From NCBI RefSeq assembly GCF_035084215.1, contig NW_027139581.1, positions 5,952,001-6,016,000 on the forward strand: 64,000 nucleotides of DNA, read 5' to 3'. Position 1 is the first letter of the stretch, and each line of letters starts with the position of its first letter. A program made the position numbers and the translations under genes. Positions 50,280 to 63,394 of this stretch are shown in pieces. Source of the stretch: Heptranchias perlo (lineage: Eukaryota). The notes below the pieces were generated by a model. The model did not search any database. It worked only from the letters and a program-made list of their open reading frames with translations, and was not told the DNA's origin.

Positions 50280-51675
50280 GAGATGAAGCAGGAAATCATA
50301 AAATCATTCGTCTGTCATCAATTGTGGGGGAGTTGGTGGAATCTGTTATTAGGGACAGAGTGACTGAGCATCTGGAGAAATTGGAGCTGATCAGAGAGAG
50401 CAGCATGGATTTGTAAAGGTTAAGTCATGTCGAATGAACCCGTCGTTAAATTTTTTGAGGAGGTCATTAATGTGGTCGGCAATGGCGTGTCTCTGGATGT
50501 TATTTATATGGACTTTCAGAAGACGTTCGATAAGGTTCCACATAAGAGTCTGTTAATAAAATCGAGAGTGCATGGGATTGGAGGCAATCTATTGGCTTGG
50601 ACAGGGAATTGGTTCGGAGTTAGGAGACAGGGAGTAGGTTTAATGAGTCTGTACTCCAATCAGCAGGATGTGACTAGTGGTGTCCCCAGTGAACTGTACT
50701 GGGACCGCGGCTTTTCACTGTATTTATAAATGACTTGGATGAAGGAATACAGAGCCGTATATCTTAGTTTACTGACGACATCAAGTTCGGTAGCACAATA
50801 AATATTGTCGATGGGAGCAGATAGTTGCAAAGGGACATTGATAGATTAAGTGAATGGGCAAAACTGTGACAGATGGAGTTCAAAGGGGGAAAGTGTGAGG
50901 TCATCCGCTTTGGTCCCAAGACAGATAGATCAGGGTATTTTCTAAATGGCGAAAATCTGGGAACTGTGGAAGTGCCGCGAGATTTAGGGGTCCAAGTACA
51001 GAAATCATTAAATGCTGATGGACAGGTACAAAAACTAATTGAAAAGACGAATGGAACGTTGGGCCTGATCACAAAAGGCTGGAATACAAAAGGGTGGAAG
51101 TTATGTTCCAGTTGTACAGAGCTCTGGTCAGACCCCAGCTGGAGACTGCGTTCAGTTCTGGGCACCGCATCTCAGGAAGGATATTTGGCCTCGGAGGGGG
51201 TGCAGCGCAGATTCACCAGATTGTTATCGGGGTTAAACGGTTAAATGATGAGGACAGGTTGCATAGACTAGGCTTGTATTCCCTTGAATATAGAAGATTA
51301 AGGGGTGATCTAATTGATGTTTAAGATGATTAAAGGATTTGATAGGGGAGATGGAGAGAAACTATTTCTTCTGGTGGGCTAGTCCATGACAAGGGAGCAT
51401 AATCTTAAAATGAGAGGTTCAGGGGTGATGTCAGGAAGCATTTCTTCACACAAAGGGAGTGGACATCTGGAACCCTCTCCCCCAAAAGCTGTTGATGCCG
51501 GGGTTCAATGGAAAATTACAAAACTGAGATTGATAGATTTTTGTTGGGCGAGGGTATTCAGGGTTACAAAACCAAGGGGGTAAATTGAGTTAAGGTACAG
51601 ATCAGCCATGATCTAATTGAATGGAGGAATAGGCTCGAGGGGCTGAATGGCCTCCTCCTGTTCCTCTGTTCCTAA
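50280..51675 (+). mobile_element. CR1 LINE RT and 3' end
   Basis: DVIYMDFQKTFDKVPH; QLYRALVRPQLE; CR1 3' UTR. Confidence 0.9.
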
Positions 51676-52020
51676 AGAGAAGTGAAATGATAATTAAAAG
51701 ATGATTCTCTGGTCCTCACACCATGGGCTGCATGTGTGCCTCGCCCCGCCCGCTTTGGTTAAACACATGAAACAAGAGCCTGGCGGACGGGAGCTTCATA
51801 CACCCACCCCAGGCCGCACCAGAGGACTTAACGGGGCTAAAAACCAGCAGGAATCAAGCGGGACTGAACTCCGCGGACTTCCCCACATCTACCGTTCCTG
51901 TTAGTCACTGAATCAGGGCGGTGAAAGATGAAAACCGGCCTCACTGTCTTTGTATCACAGAGATAAGAAGATTGGGCAGAAAACCAGACCAACACCTTGT
52001 GATGATGGAAAGTCTTCTCA

Positions 52021-52919
52021 TTATTTAATGAATTTAACAATTCCAGTCAAGGGATATTTCACCACATTCTTCAACTCCTCTCTGAATTTAGTCTGGGTCA
52101 CGGCATAAATACACGTGTTGGTGCAGCAACTCAGGAGCTGGAGCATAAATCCCAGTTCTTGTAAAAATTCAGGTAGATACACAGGAATAAAGCGCAACAG
52201 ATACAATCGGTTGCATACAAAATACAACAGAAACACCGCCCATAACAGGATCAAATTCGCCGATATCACAAACAGTAAAATGATGGATTTCCTTCTCTTC
52301 TCCATCTCTGGGTCACTGGGACTCTCCCCACTGCTGTGGGCCCGGAGTCTCCTGCGGACTCTGCTCGACACTAAAATGTGTCTGACGGTTAAAGCATTGA
52401 GCAGCAGAATCAGAACAAATGGAACAAATGGGGTTACAATAAAATGAAGGAATTCAATTATTGTCCACACCTGCGAGTAAATAACATAATCTGATACAAA
52501 ACAAAACCTGGGAGAATTACCAATCCAATATTCACCTCCAAGCATGAAGTACCAGAAAGTGTTCTTCACACAGAACAGCACACTCACTGTTCCCAGAATC
52601 ACAGCCGCCGTTTTCTCGGTGCAATATTTTGTTTTCAGCTTCTGGCAACAAATGGCCACAAATCGATCAAAGGTGAAAGTGACAGTGAACCAGACAGAAC
52701 AGTCTGTGGCTGCGTAAAGCAGAACGGCGTGAATATTACACACTTTAAAGGCCCACATGAACTGAAACTGAGCCGAATAAAGAATGGGAATCTGTCTTAA
52801 TAGCAGATCAATGATAACGACCAGTAGATCCGCCGCTGCCATGGACACCAGGTAACGGGTGACACATTTGGAGAGACCGCACCTTCCTCGAGAGAGAATC
52901 ACAATCGTCACTATGTTCA
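52021..52919 (-). CDS. GPR139/GPR142-like class A GPCR, exon 2
   Basis: ttccttgcag| acceptor; LVSMAAADLLV (TM2), CSVWFTVTFTFDRFVAIC (TM3), PFVLILLLNALT (TM5), LLSCCTNTCIY (TM7); no stops. Confidence 0.92.
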
Positions 52920-53339
52920 CTGCAAGGAAGAGAAAAACAGGGAATTCTGCTTCAGACTGAGAGCAAAAGCAGCAGCCTGGTCGAATTCAGGGTGAAATCT
53001 TGAGCGTTATTATTGAATCCAGGGACAGAATCTAATTACGAGTGGATTTGAGGTCGAAGATCAGCCATGATCTTCTTGAATGGCGGAGCAGGCTCGAGGG
53101 GCCGGATGGTCAACTCCTGCCCCTATTTCTTATGTTCTTATGTACTTTCCTTGTAAAATAACTTTCTGCTGCGGAGAGGGTTTGTTGTTAAGGTCCGCCC
53201 CGGTGTAGAAGGAAACCAAAACCACCAGCAGGCCCCAGCTCCAATCCAGGGCCTGTCGTTGGTCTGCAGTTGGAAATTACAATGGCCTCAGTGACCTTGT
53301 GTTCGGAGATGAAGTAGAACGCCTACTAGACCGGGAGCC

Positions 53340-56300
53340 AATGTTGGTCAGCAAGCACAGGGGTGATGGGTGAACGGGACTTGTTGCGAGTTCGGATACA
53401 GGCAGAAGAGTTTTGGATGTGCTCAAGTTTATGGAGGGTGGTGGGTGGAAGGCCAGTCAGAAGAGCTTTGGAATAGTCGAGTCTGGAGGTAACAAAACCA
53501 TGGATCAGGATTTCAGCGGAAGATTGGCTGAGGCTGCGGCAGAGACAGGCGATGTTCGGGAGGTGGAAGTCCGTGATCTTGGTGATGGAGAGAATATGGG
53601 GTCAGAAGCTCAGCTCAGGGTCAAATAGAACGCCTACTGGTCCGGTTCAGCCTCAGACTGTGACCAGGGAGGGAGATGGAATCAATAGCGAGGGAACGGA
53701 ATATGTGATAGGGGCCGAAGACATTGGCTTCAGTCTTCGCAATGTTTAAATGGACGAAATTTCTGCTGATCCAGGACTGGACGTCGGACAAGCAGTCTGA
53801 CAAATCAGAGGCAGTGAAGGGGCCGGGAGAGGCGGTGCTGAGGTACTGCTGGGTGTGAGTGTACACGTGGAATCTGACAGTGTGCTATCGGAGGATGTCG
53901 CCGAGGGGAAGCTTGCAGATGTGAAATAGGAGGATTGTTCGTTGGGGGACACCAGAGATAACGGTGCGGGAGCGGGAAGATATGCCGATCGAGGAGATTC
54001 CCTGAAGAAGCCTGGATGGATAGGAATGGAACCAGGCGAGGGCAGTCCCACCCTGTTGGACAACGGACGAGAGGCGTTTGAGATGTATGGTGTGGTCACC
54101 CGTGTCAAAGGATGAAGAGGGATAGTTTACCACGGTCAGTCACATAGGATGTGATCTGTGACTTTGATTCGGCCCGATTCCGCGCTGTTGCAGGGGCGGG
54201 AACCTGATTGGAGAGGTTACTGGTGCAGTTTCAGGCAAGAAAGGCATGCATTTGGGAGGTGACAACAAGTTTCAGGAGAGGAAAGGGAGGTTGGAGACGG
54301 GGGCGGTAATTTGCAAGGACAGAGGGGTCATGGATGGTTTTTTTGAGGATGGGATGATGACGGCAGATTTGAAAGGAAGGTGACAGAATCAGACAAAAGA
54401 GAACCGGGAAGGAAAGAGTTAACTTTGCCCCTTTAGATATTACATTCGGACATAGTAAGTTTAAACTGCAAAGGCAGCAATGTGCAGAAACTTCGAGAAG
54501 CTACGAACAGGCTTTTGGTTCTCAAAACAACTGATAGGAACCTCAACAAACAGCAACTTGGAAAAACAGTGCTGAGAGAGTTTGAAATCTTTGGGAAAGA
54601 CAATTCAAGTTACTTACACCTGGTTTCACACGGGGAAAAGGCTGTTGGAGATTTCACACGGTGATTTCACTCGGTGATTTCACACGGTGGTTTCACTCGG
54701 TGGTTTCACACGGTGATTTCACACGGTGATTTCACTCGGTGATTTCACACGGTGGTTTCACTCGGTGGTTTCACACGGTGATTTCACACGGTGATTTCAC
54801 TCGGTGATTTCACACGGTGGTTTCACTCGGTGATTTCACACGGTGGTTTCACTCGGTGATTTCACACGGTGGTTTCACTCGGTGATTTCATACGGTGGTT
54901 TCACACGGTGGTTTCACACGGTGATTTCACTCGGTGATTTCACACGGTGATTTCACACGGTGGTTTCACACGGAGGTTTCACACGGTGATTTCACTCGGT
55001 GATTTCACACGGTGGTTTCACTCGGTGATTTCACACGGTGATTTCACTCGGTGATTTCACACGGTGGTTTCACACGGTGATTTCACTCGGTGATTTCATA
55101 CGGTGGTTTCACTCGGTGATTTCATACGGTGGATTCACACGGTGGTTTCACACGGTGATTTCACTCGGTGATTTCACACGGTGTTTTCACACGGTGGTTT
55201 CACTCGGTGGTTTCACACGGTGTTTTCACACGGTGGTTTCACTCGGTGATTTCACACGGTGGGTTCACACAGTGGTTTCACTCGGTGATTTCACACGGTG
55301 GAAAGGCCGCACCTGGGGTCACATGGTTTTTATTGGCCCAGCCAACAGTCCATCATCAATGCAATCGTGGGTGAGTGGCCAAAATGGGACTTCTCTTAAC
55401 TTTTACTCACACCACAACCGGCAAAATCATATAAAGATGGGACATCGTGGCAGACTCTTTAATGTCGTTGGAGGAACCTTAAGAAGCTTCGCCTGGAGGA
55501 AGGACGTCCAACAACAAAAGAAGAAAACTACAAGTGAGAGAGAGAGAGAGCTGATCGATCTTCTGCCTTGAGGCTGAAATCCTTGGTTTAAAGGTTGTAT
55601 GTATTGTTTGATTTGTTTGATGCTTGTGAGAATTATGTAAATCATTAAATAATCACTTTGATTAACGAACCTACAACATACATCTTTGACTGACTATTGT
55701 CCAGGCCCTATAATCGTTTACAATATCAGCTAGCATGGGGATCAGGAAGGGAAGTTGGGTGGTCAGCAGTTCAGTGGGAAAAGGGCCGAGGGAGCAGCAG
55801 ATTGGTTTCATGGTCAAGATGAGCTCGGAGAGGGCATGAGGGGAGATAGAAGAGAAACAAGAGAAAGATGTGGCTTCAGGGTTAGGGATGGGGGGCGGGG
55901 ACCTTCGGGAAGATTGGCTCGGTGGACTGGAGGAAGGGAGAGAAGCGGCAGAGGCAGCTGAATGAATGATCTCAATCTTAGTGACAAAGAAATCCATGAG
56001 CTCCTCGCACTTGAAGGAAGTGAGGGTGGAGGGGACAGGGGAGAGGGGTTTAAGAAGACGGTTTGTAGTGAAGAGAAGCCGGGTCATCTTTGCATTCCAG
56101 GGTGATCCTGGAATAGTGAGCAGTTTTAACAGAGGAGAGCAGGTTCCGATAGTGCTTGATGAGGTCGAGCGAGATCTGGCGATTAATGGCTTATCCAGAT
56201 GTGCGCCATAAGTGTTCAAATCTGCGTCCCTTGGACCTTAAGGAGCAACGATGGAAGTCGTGCCAAGGAGAACGAACAGGGTGAGAGAGAGTAAGGGGTT

Positions 56301-56400
56301 TACTGGGGTCAAGGGTATCAAAGGTGGAGGTGAGGGTGAGATTGAGCTGCAGAAGTACCGTGGCGAATGGAGGGTCAAAGGTGAAACAGTTGGGAATTTC
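53340..56400 (-). mobile_element. L2-type LINE in the GPCR intron, split by an insert at about 54407-55715
   Basis: CLSDVQSWISRNFVHLNIAKTE; FKCEELMDFFVTKIE; sequence is colinear across the insert (..AGAGAACC | GTTTACAAT..). Confidence 0.8.
54650..55300. repeat. 13-bp minisatellite (about 50 copies) inside an LTR-like insert
   Basis: GGTGATTTCACAC / GGTGGTTTCACTC units. Confidence 0.95.
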
Positions 56401-57244
56401 AAAGTGATCTGAAGGAATGGGATTAAATCAAAACCAAAGGATATAAATCAATTCAAACATAACGGAACAAACAACAACAATTTGCATTTATATAGCGCCT
56501 TTAACATCGTAAAATATCCCAATGCGCATCAACAGTAGATGTTGGATAGTCCATGTGGACCTCACTGAGATCTCCTGTAATGTGGCCCACGGGAACGGGA
56601 CGAAATGAAAACAGTGGAAATAAATCAACTCAAACATAACTGAATAAATAATTTACTGGAATATATACTATAGTTTAAAGCCTGTCCTGACCATCCACCA
56701 CCAGTGACCATAAGGTAGAGCGAGAGACGGTTGAAAGTAAGACAGCTGCCTGGAGCTGAATCATTATTGGATATTGTCCAATATTTCAGAGTGTATTGGT
56801 GATCTGACTGTCAGCGCTGGTTTCCACAGATCAGTGTCATTAACTATAACCAGCAGACCTTAAAACTCCTGTTGCCTGTGAACACATATTTCTGATCCGA
56901 CACTAGGGTTCAGTGCAGAGAGCAGAGGGCAAACTGTTCAATAAAGAGAATCCTCCAACAACCTTCCTTGTTTACAGCCAACAGTCAAATTAGCATTGAA
57001 TCCTATAAAAATGACTATCAGTTGAAGAAAGTGATGAAAAGTAATGAAAAGGACAGACTGTTCATTGGTCTGGGAGCAGGGAATCGGCAACTGTTCACAT
57101 GTTACATGAAGGAAACAAGGTGCATTACCAGACACTGAACAAGAGGATTACACTGAATACAATTAATAACCGGGTCTAAAGGACAAGGACAGTAAATACA
57201 GTTAATCATGGTTTACAGAATGATTTGCTGAAATAATGACTTAC

Positions 57245-57341
57245 TAGGAACACCAACAGCAGCGAGGAGCGGATAGTAAATCTTTTGTACATCAATAATT
57301 GCCCACAAAATCCGAAGTTCAGTTGGAATATACCAGAACAT
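57245..57341 (-). CDS. GPR139/GPR142-like GPCR, exon 1
   Basis: ATG..MFWYIPTELRILWAIIDVQKIYYPLLAAVGVP A|GTAAGT; 97 nt, phase 1, joins exon 2 in frame (about 331 aa total). Missed by the ORF track. Confidence 0.88.
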
Positions 57342-57433
57342 TCTTTCATCATCTCTGAGATCCAATGATCACTGTTTGACCTGGAGGCAGAGCCGCATCA
57401 AACACTCTGATGTGACGCCTTGAAAACAGTCCC

Positions 57434-57560
57434 TATTTATATCTTGGGGGAACTCTCCAGTGAGACAATTAAACGACACAATGACTGACATTAATTACAG
57501 TCACTGAACAAACAGGTTAGATTAATCCCTTAACTCCATCACTCTATTAAGGGTAAACAA
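57434..57560 (-). promoter_or_regulatory. GPCR proximal promoter: TATA box and homeodomain/forkhead-type motifs
   Basis: TATAAATA at 57441-57434; CAATTA 57466-57471; TAATTA 57492-57497; TAATCC 57523-57528; GTAAACA near 57553. Confidence 0.55.
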
Positions 57561-57809
57561 GTAGTTCACTGACATGAAGTGATGGTATCGATAATTCGAA
57601 ATATTACTTCAAAAAACATCGTGAAGGAAGAAAATATGAATCCCGCAGTCTTACAGTACTGATGTGAAGAGAGAGCAGCTTTACTGACAGAGTTCAGATT
57701 AATTCTGTGATATGAATTCAGCCTGCAATTTCAGGATTTTTCAAATCAGTTTCTGGGTTGGACTTAACAAATGTGCGAAAGACAAAAAAGGATGGATAGA
57801 AGCAGATCA

Positions 57810-59530
57810 AGTCATGGTCAGTAAGGATATGAGGGCGGATAATACAATGGTCAGTAAGGGTATACGGGGGCTGATAATACAATGGTCAGTAAAGATACAT
57901 GGGGGCTGATAATACAATGGTCAGTAAGGATACATGGGGGCTGATAATACAATGGTCAGTAAGGATACATGAGGGCTGATAATACAATGGTCAGTAAAGA
58001 TACATGGGGCTGATAATTCAATGGTCAGTAAGCATAAATGGGGCTGATAATACAATGGTAGGTACGGATAAATGAGCGATAATAATACAATGGTCATTAA
58101 GGAAACACGGGGTCTGATAATACAATTGTCAGTATGGATACAGGAGAATGATAATACAATGGTCAGTTAGCATACACGGGGCTGATTATACAATGGTCAG
58201 AAAGGATGCAGGTGGATGATAATGCAACGGTCTTCAAGGATACATGACTCTGATAATGGAACAGTGAGTAAGGATACAAGAGGATGATAATACAATGGTA
58301 ACAAAGGATACCGAAGGATGAAAATACAATGGTCAGTAAGGATACCGGAGGATGATAATACAGTGGTCAGTAAGGATACATGGGGACTGATAATACAATG
58401 GTCAGTAAGGATACACGGGGGCTGATAATACAATGGTCAGTAAGGATACACGGGTTCTGATAATACAATGGTCAGTAAGGATATATGGGGGCTGATAATA
58501 CAATGGTCAGTAAGGATACATGGGGGCTGATAATACAATGGTCAGTAAGGATACATGGGGGCTGATAATACAACGGTCAGTAAGGATACCGGAGGATGAT
58601 AATACAATGGTCAGTAAAGATACATGGGGGCTGATAATTCAAGGATACATGACTCTGATGATAGAATAGTGAGGAAGGATAGAAGAGGATGACAATACAA
58701 TGGGAACTAAGGATACCGAAGGATGATAATACAATGGTCATTAAGGATAGATGGAGCTGATAATACAATGTTCAGTGAGGATACATTGGGCTGATAATAC
58801 AATGTTCAGTGAGGATACATGGGGCTGATAATGCAATGGTCCTGAAGGATAGGTGGGGCTGAATATATAATGGTCAGTAAGGATACATGGGGGCTGATAA
58901 TACTCTGGTCAGTAAAGATACAGTAAGCTGATAATACAATGGTCAGGAAGGATATATGGGACTGATAATACATTCGTCAGTAAGGATAAACGGGGTCTGA
59001 TAAAACAATCTACATTAAGGATATTTGGGGCTCATCATACAATGGCCAATGTTGATCCATGGGGCTGATAATACAATGGGCATTCAGTTCAAATGGGACT
59101 GATAATACAATGGTCAGTAATGCTACCTGTGGACTGATAATACAGTGGTCTGTGTGGGTACACGGGTGCTAATAATACAATGATAAATAAGGGTATATGG
59201 TGTCTGATAAGACAATGGTCAATGAGGGTAAATGGGACTGATAATACAATGGTAAGTACGGATAAATGGGGGCTGATTATACAATGGTCATTAAGGATAC
59301 ATTGATGCTGATAATACAATTGTAAGTGAGAATAGATGGGGTCTGATAATAAAGTGGTCAGGACGGATACATGGGGGCTGATAATACAATGGTCAGAGAG
59401 GATACATGGGGGCTGATCATACAATGGTCAGTCACGATACATAAGGGCTGATAATACAATGGTCAGTAAGGATACCTGGGGCTGATAATACAATGGTCAG
59501 TAAGGATACCTGGGGCTGATAAAACAATGA
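57810..59530. repeat. 35-bp minisatellite (about 48 copies, diverged)
   Basis: GGGGGCTGATAATACAATGGTCAGTAAGGATACAT units. Confidence 0.95.
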
Positions 59531-61245
59531 GTAAAAGGGCAGTCAAAGGAAGCGTGGGACTGATTTGGGACAAAAAGGAGATCTTCTTGTGGAGGCAGTG
59601 GGCATGGCTGAGGTACTAAATGAATGCTTCGCATCAGTCTTCAAGAGAGAAGAGGATGCTGCCACTGTCGCAGTAAAGGAGGAGGTAGTAGCGATATCAG
59701 ATAGGGCAAAAATAGATAAAGAGGAGGTACTTGAAAGGTTGGCAGCTCTCAAAATAGAAATATCACCGATTCTAACCAGATCCATCCGATGTGACTGAGG
59801 GAAGTCAGGGTAGAAATTGCAGAGGCTCTGGCCACAATCTTCCAATCTTCCTTAGATATGCGGCAATGCCAGAGTATTGGAGGAACACAATTGCTGTAAC
59901 CCTGTTCAATAAAGGGGAGAGGGATAAACCCGGCAATTACAGGCCAATCAGCCTAACGTCAGTGGTGGGGAAACTTTTAGAGACAATAATTCTGGACAAA
60001 ATTAATTTGCACTTGGAAAAGTATGGGCGAATAAGTGAATGTCAGCACGGATTTGTCAACGGAAAATCACGTTTCACTAACTTGATTGAGTTCTTTGATG
60101 AAGTAATGGAGAGGGTTGATAAGGGCAGTGTGGTAGATGTTGTAAATATGGACTTTCAAAAGGCTTTTCATGAAGCACCACTTAATAGACAAAATTGAAG
60201 CATATGGAATTAAAGGGACAGTGGCATTGTGGATACAATATTGGCTTATGGTCAGAAAGCGGAGAGTAGTGGTGAACGGTTGTTTTGCAGGACGGAGGGG
60301 AGCTTGCAGTGGTGTTCCCCAGGGGATGGTGTTAGGACCATTGCTCTATGTGATCTACATTAATGGCCTGGACTTAGGTATACAGGGTATAATTTCAAAG
60401 TTTGCGGATGATACGTAACTCAGGAATGCAATAAGCAATGTGGAGAATAGTAACAGACTTCAGGAGGACAGAGTCAGACTGGTAAAATGGGCAGACACAT
60501 GGCAGATAAAATTTAATGCAGAGAATGTGAAGTGATCCATTTTGTTCGGAAGAATGAGGAGAGGTAATATAATCGAAATGGTACAATTTTAAAGGGGGTA
60601 CAGGAACAGAGAGACCTGGGGATTATGTACACAAATCCTTGACGATGGCAGGACAAGTTGAGAAGGCTGTTGAAAAAGCACATGGGATCCTGGGCTTTAT
60701 TAACAGAGGCATGGAGTACAAACGCAAGGAAGTTAAGCTAAACCTTTATAAAACACTGGTTAGGCCTCAGCTGGACAATTGTGTTCAGTTATGTGCACCA
60801 CACAGGAGGAAGGAGGTGAAGGCCTGAGAGAGGGTGCAGAAGAGATTTACGAAAATGGTACCAGGGATGAGGGACTTCAGTTATGTGGACAGACTGGAGA
60901 AGGTGGGATTGTTCTCCTTCGAGCCGAGAAGGTGAAGAGGAGATTTGATTGAGGTATTGAAAATCATGAACAATTTTGAGAGAATAAACAAGGAGAAACT
61001 GTTTCCATTGGCAGATGGGTCGGTAACGAGAGGGCACAGATTTAAGGTGATTGGCAAAAGAGCCAGAGGCGACATGAAGAAACATTGTTTTAATGCAGAT
61101 CTTTGTAATGATGTGGAATGCACGGCCTGAAAGGATGGTGAAAGCAGATTGAATAGTAACTCTCAAAAGGGAATTGGATAAATACTGGAAAAGAAAAAAA
61201 ATAGAGGCTCGAGGGGCTGAATAGCCTCCTCATGTTCCCATATTC
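59530..61245 (+). mobile_element. CR1 LINE RT and 3' end, decayed
   Basis: GNYRPISLTSVVGKLLE; GVPQGMVLGPLL; KFADDT. Confidence 0.9.
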
Positions 61246-61924
61246 CGAAGCTAACTCCACTTACCCATGATGCCTGTAATAGCCATATTATCATTGTTTA
61301 ATGCTAAAACCCATATAGAACCACAGTTATTTTCCAACAATGGTAACTTATTTTAACCCTGGTGAATGGTTTTCCTCTTGAACGAACGATTGTCTTTGAA
61401 ATGGGACACACACTGACCGCCCATTATTCTCCCATCATTGGTCACCGCCCACCAGCCGCCCTCTGTGTCCATGAAGATGAGTCTGACGGACAGATTAATC
61501 TCATTTTAAATGATCTTCCTCCAAATTTACCAGGAATACAAGTGTCTGCCGCCTTCCACAAAGAGGCGCGAGGCATTGTCTGTGACTCCGTGCAGTCGCC
61601 TCGATGAGAAGTTCAAACCAATGGGAAGTAAGTCTAAAACTGCAGATACATCCTTGTGACTGTGGTGCCTGGATTTCTGTCCCATTCACCAATCACCTGG
61701 GGTATAGTAAAGATACATTGATCACCTATTCCTCTATTACCCGGACATTCTTGAGGCTAAGATCCTGCCCAGGTTTGGCTGCTCCCTGGGGAGCTCCTTT
61801 GCTCTGCATCTCTATCCTTGACCATCCGTTGCCATCCTTTGCCCTTTCTCCCCCAATCTCCTCTCTTCCACTGTTTAAGTTTCTCTGGCTCCAATCGTGG
61901 ATGCATTTTAGCCCGAACTACAAG

Positions 61925-63380
61925 TTCAAGCTATACACCAGATACATCGACGACATTTTCTTTCTATGGACCCACGGTGAGGAATCACTAAAGAGACGAC
62001 ACGACAACATCAACAAGTTCCATCCCACCATCAAGCTCACCATGGACTACTCCTCAGAATCAGTTTCTTTCTTGGACACACGAATCTCCATCAAAGACGG
62101 GCACCTCAGCACCTCACTCTACCGCAAGCCCACGGACAGCTTCACGATGCTCCACTTTTCCAGCTTCCACCCTAACCACGTCAAAGAGGCCATCCCCTGT
62201 GGACAGGCCCTGCGAATTCACAGGGTCTGCTCAGACGAGGAGGAACGCGATGGACACCTACAGACTCTGAAAGACGCCCTGGTAAGAACGGGATATGACG
62301 CTCGACTCATCTATCGACAGTTCCGACGGGCCACAGCGAAAAATCGCATAGACGTCCTCAGAAGACTAACACGGGACGCAGCCAACAGAGTACCCTTCGT
62401 CGTCCAGTACTTCCCCGGAGCGGAGAAACTACGCCATGTTCTCCGCAGCCTTCAACATGTCATCAATGACGACGAACACCTCGCTATGGCCATCCCCACA
62501 CCGCCACTACTCGCCTTTAAACAGCCACCCAACCTCAAACAGACCATCGTTCGCAGCAAATTAACCAGCTTTCAGGAGAACAGCGTCTACGACACCACAC
62601 AACCCTGCCACGGTAACCTCTGCAAGACATGCCAGATCATCGACACAGATACCACCATCACACGAGAGGACACCACCCTCCAGGTGCATGGTTCATACTC
62701 CTGTGACTCGGCCAACGTTGTCTACCTCATACGTTGCAGGAAAGGATGCCCCAGAGCATGGTACATTGGCGAGACCATGCAGACACTGCGACAACGGATG
62801 AACGGACACCGCGCAACAATCGCCAGACAGGAGGGTTCCCTCCCAGTCGGGGAACACTTCAGCAGTCAGGGACATTCAGCCACCGACCTTCGGGTAAGCG
62901 TACTCCAAGGCGGCCTTCGAGACACACGACAACGCAAAATCGTCGAGCAGAAATTGATAGCCAAGTTCCGCACCCATGAGGACGGCCTCAACCGGGATCT
63001 TGGGTTCATGTTACGCGACACGTAAGCCCACCAGCGAACAATATCTATCTGTTTTTAATATAACGGGTCATTTGCTGTCTTTCTGTGCCTTCCGGATGTT
63101 TCTGCCTCTCTCTGTTTTTTTTTCCTGTTTGTTTTTTTTGTTGAATGTATATTCGGGGGTTCTGTTGGTAACACCTCTCTGGCTGAACACGGTGATTGCC
63201 TTGGCAACGGGCAGTTGCAAAGGCTGTCTGTAATCACCATGTATTGTTCTGTGATTTATAAATGCGTACGCTTCGAGGAGTTCCTGACATTTACCAGAGG
63301 AAGGATGAAGCCTCCGAAAGCTTGTAGATTTCAAATAAAATCGTTGGACTATAACTTGGTGTTGTAAAATTGTTTACAAT
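61925..63380 (+). mobile_element. Penelope-like retroelement, 5'-truncated (RT C-terminus, GIY-YIG endonuclease, terminal repeat)
   Basis: YTRYIDDIFFLW; VSFLD; LYRKPT; CNLCKTC; VVYLIRC..WYIGET..LRQRMNGH; EQKLI..GLN; frame open to 63025. Confidence 0.95.
63285..63333 (+). ncRNA. Minimal type I hammerhead ribozyme motif (core variant) in the Penelope terminus
   Basis: Stem I TGAcATTTAC/GTAGATtTCA; core C(A)GAGGA; stem II GGATG-AAG-CCTCC; GAAA; palindromic AGCT stem III. Confidence 0.7.
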
Positions 63381-63394
63381 TAAATTCCCATGGC

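Noticed and set aside
61604-61925. N-terminal third of the 473-aa ORF as part of the Penelope protein or a fusion gene
   Set aside because: RT similarity begins only at about LYTRYIDD; the upstream part looks like chance open flanking sequence.
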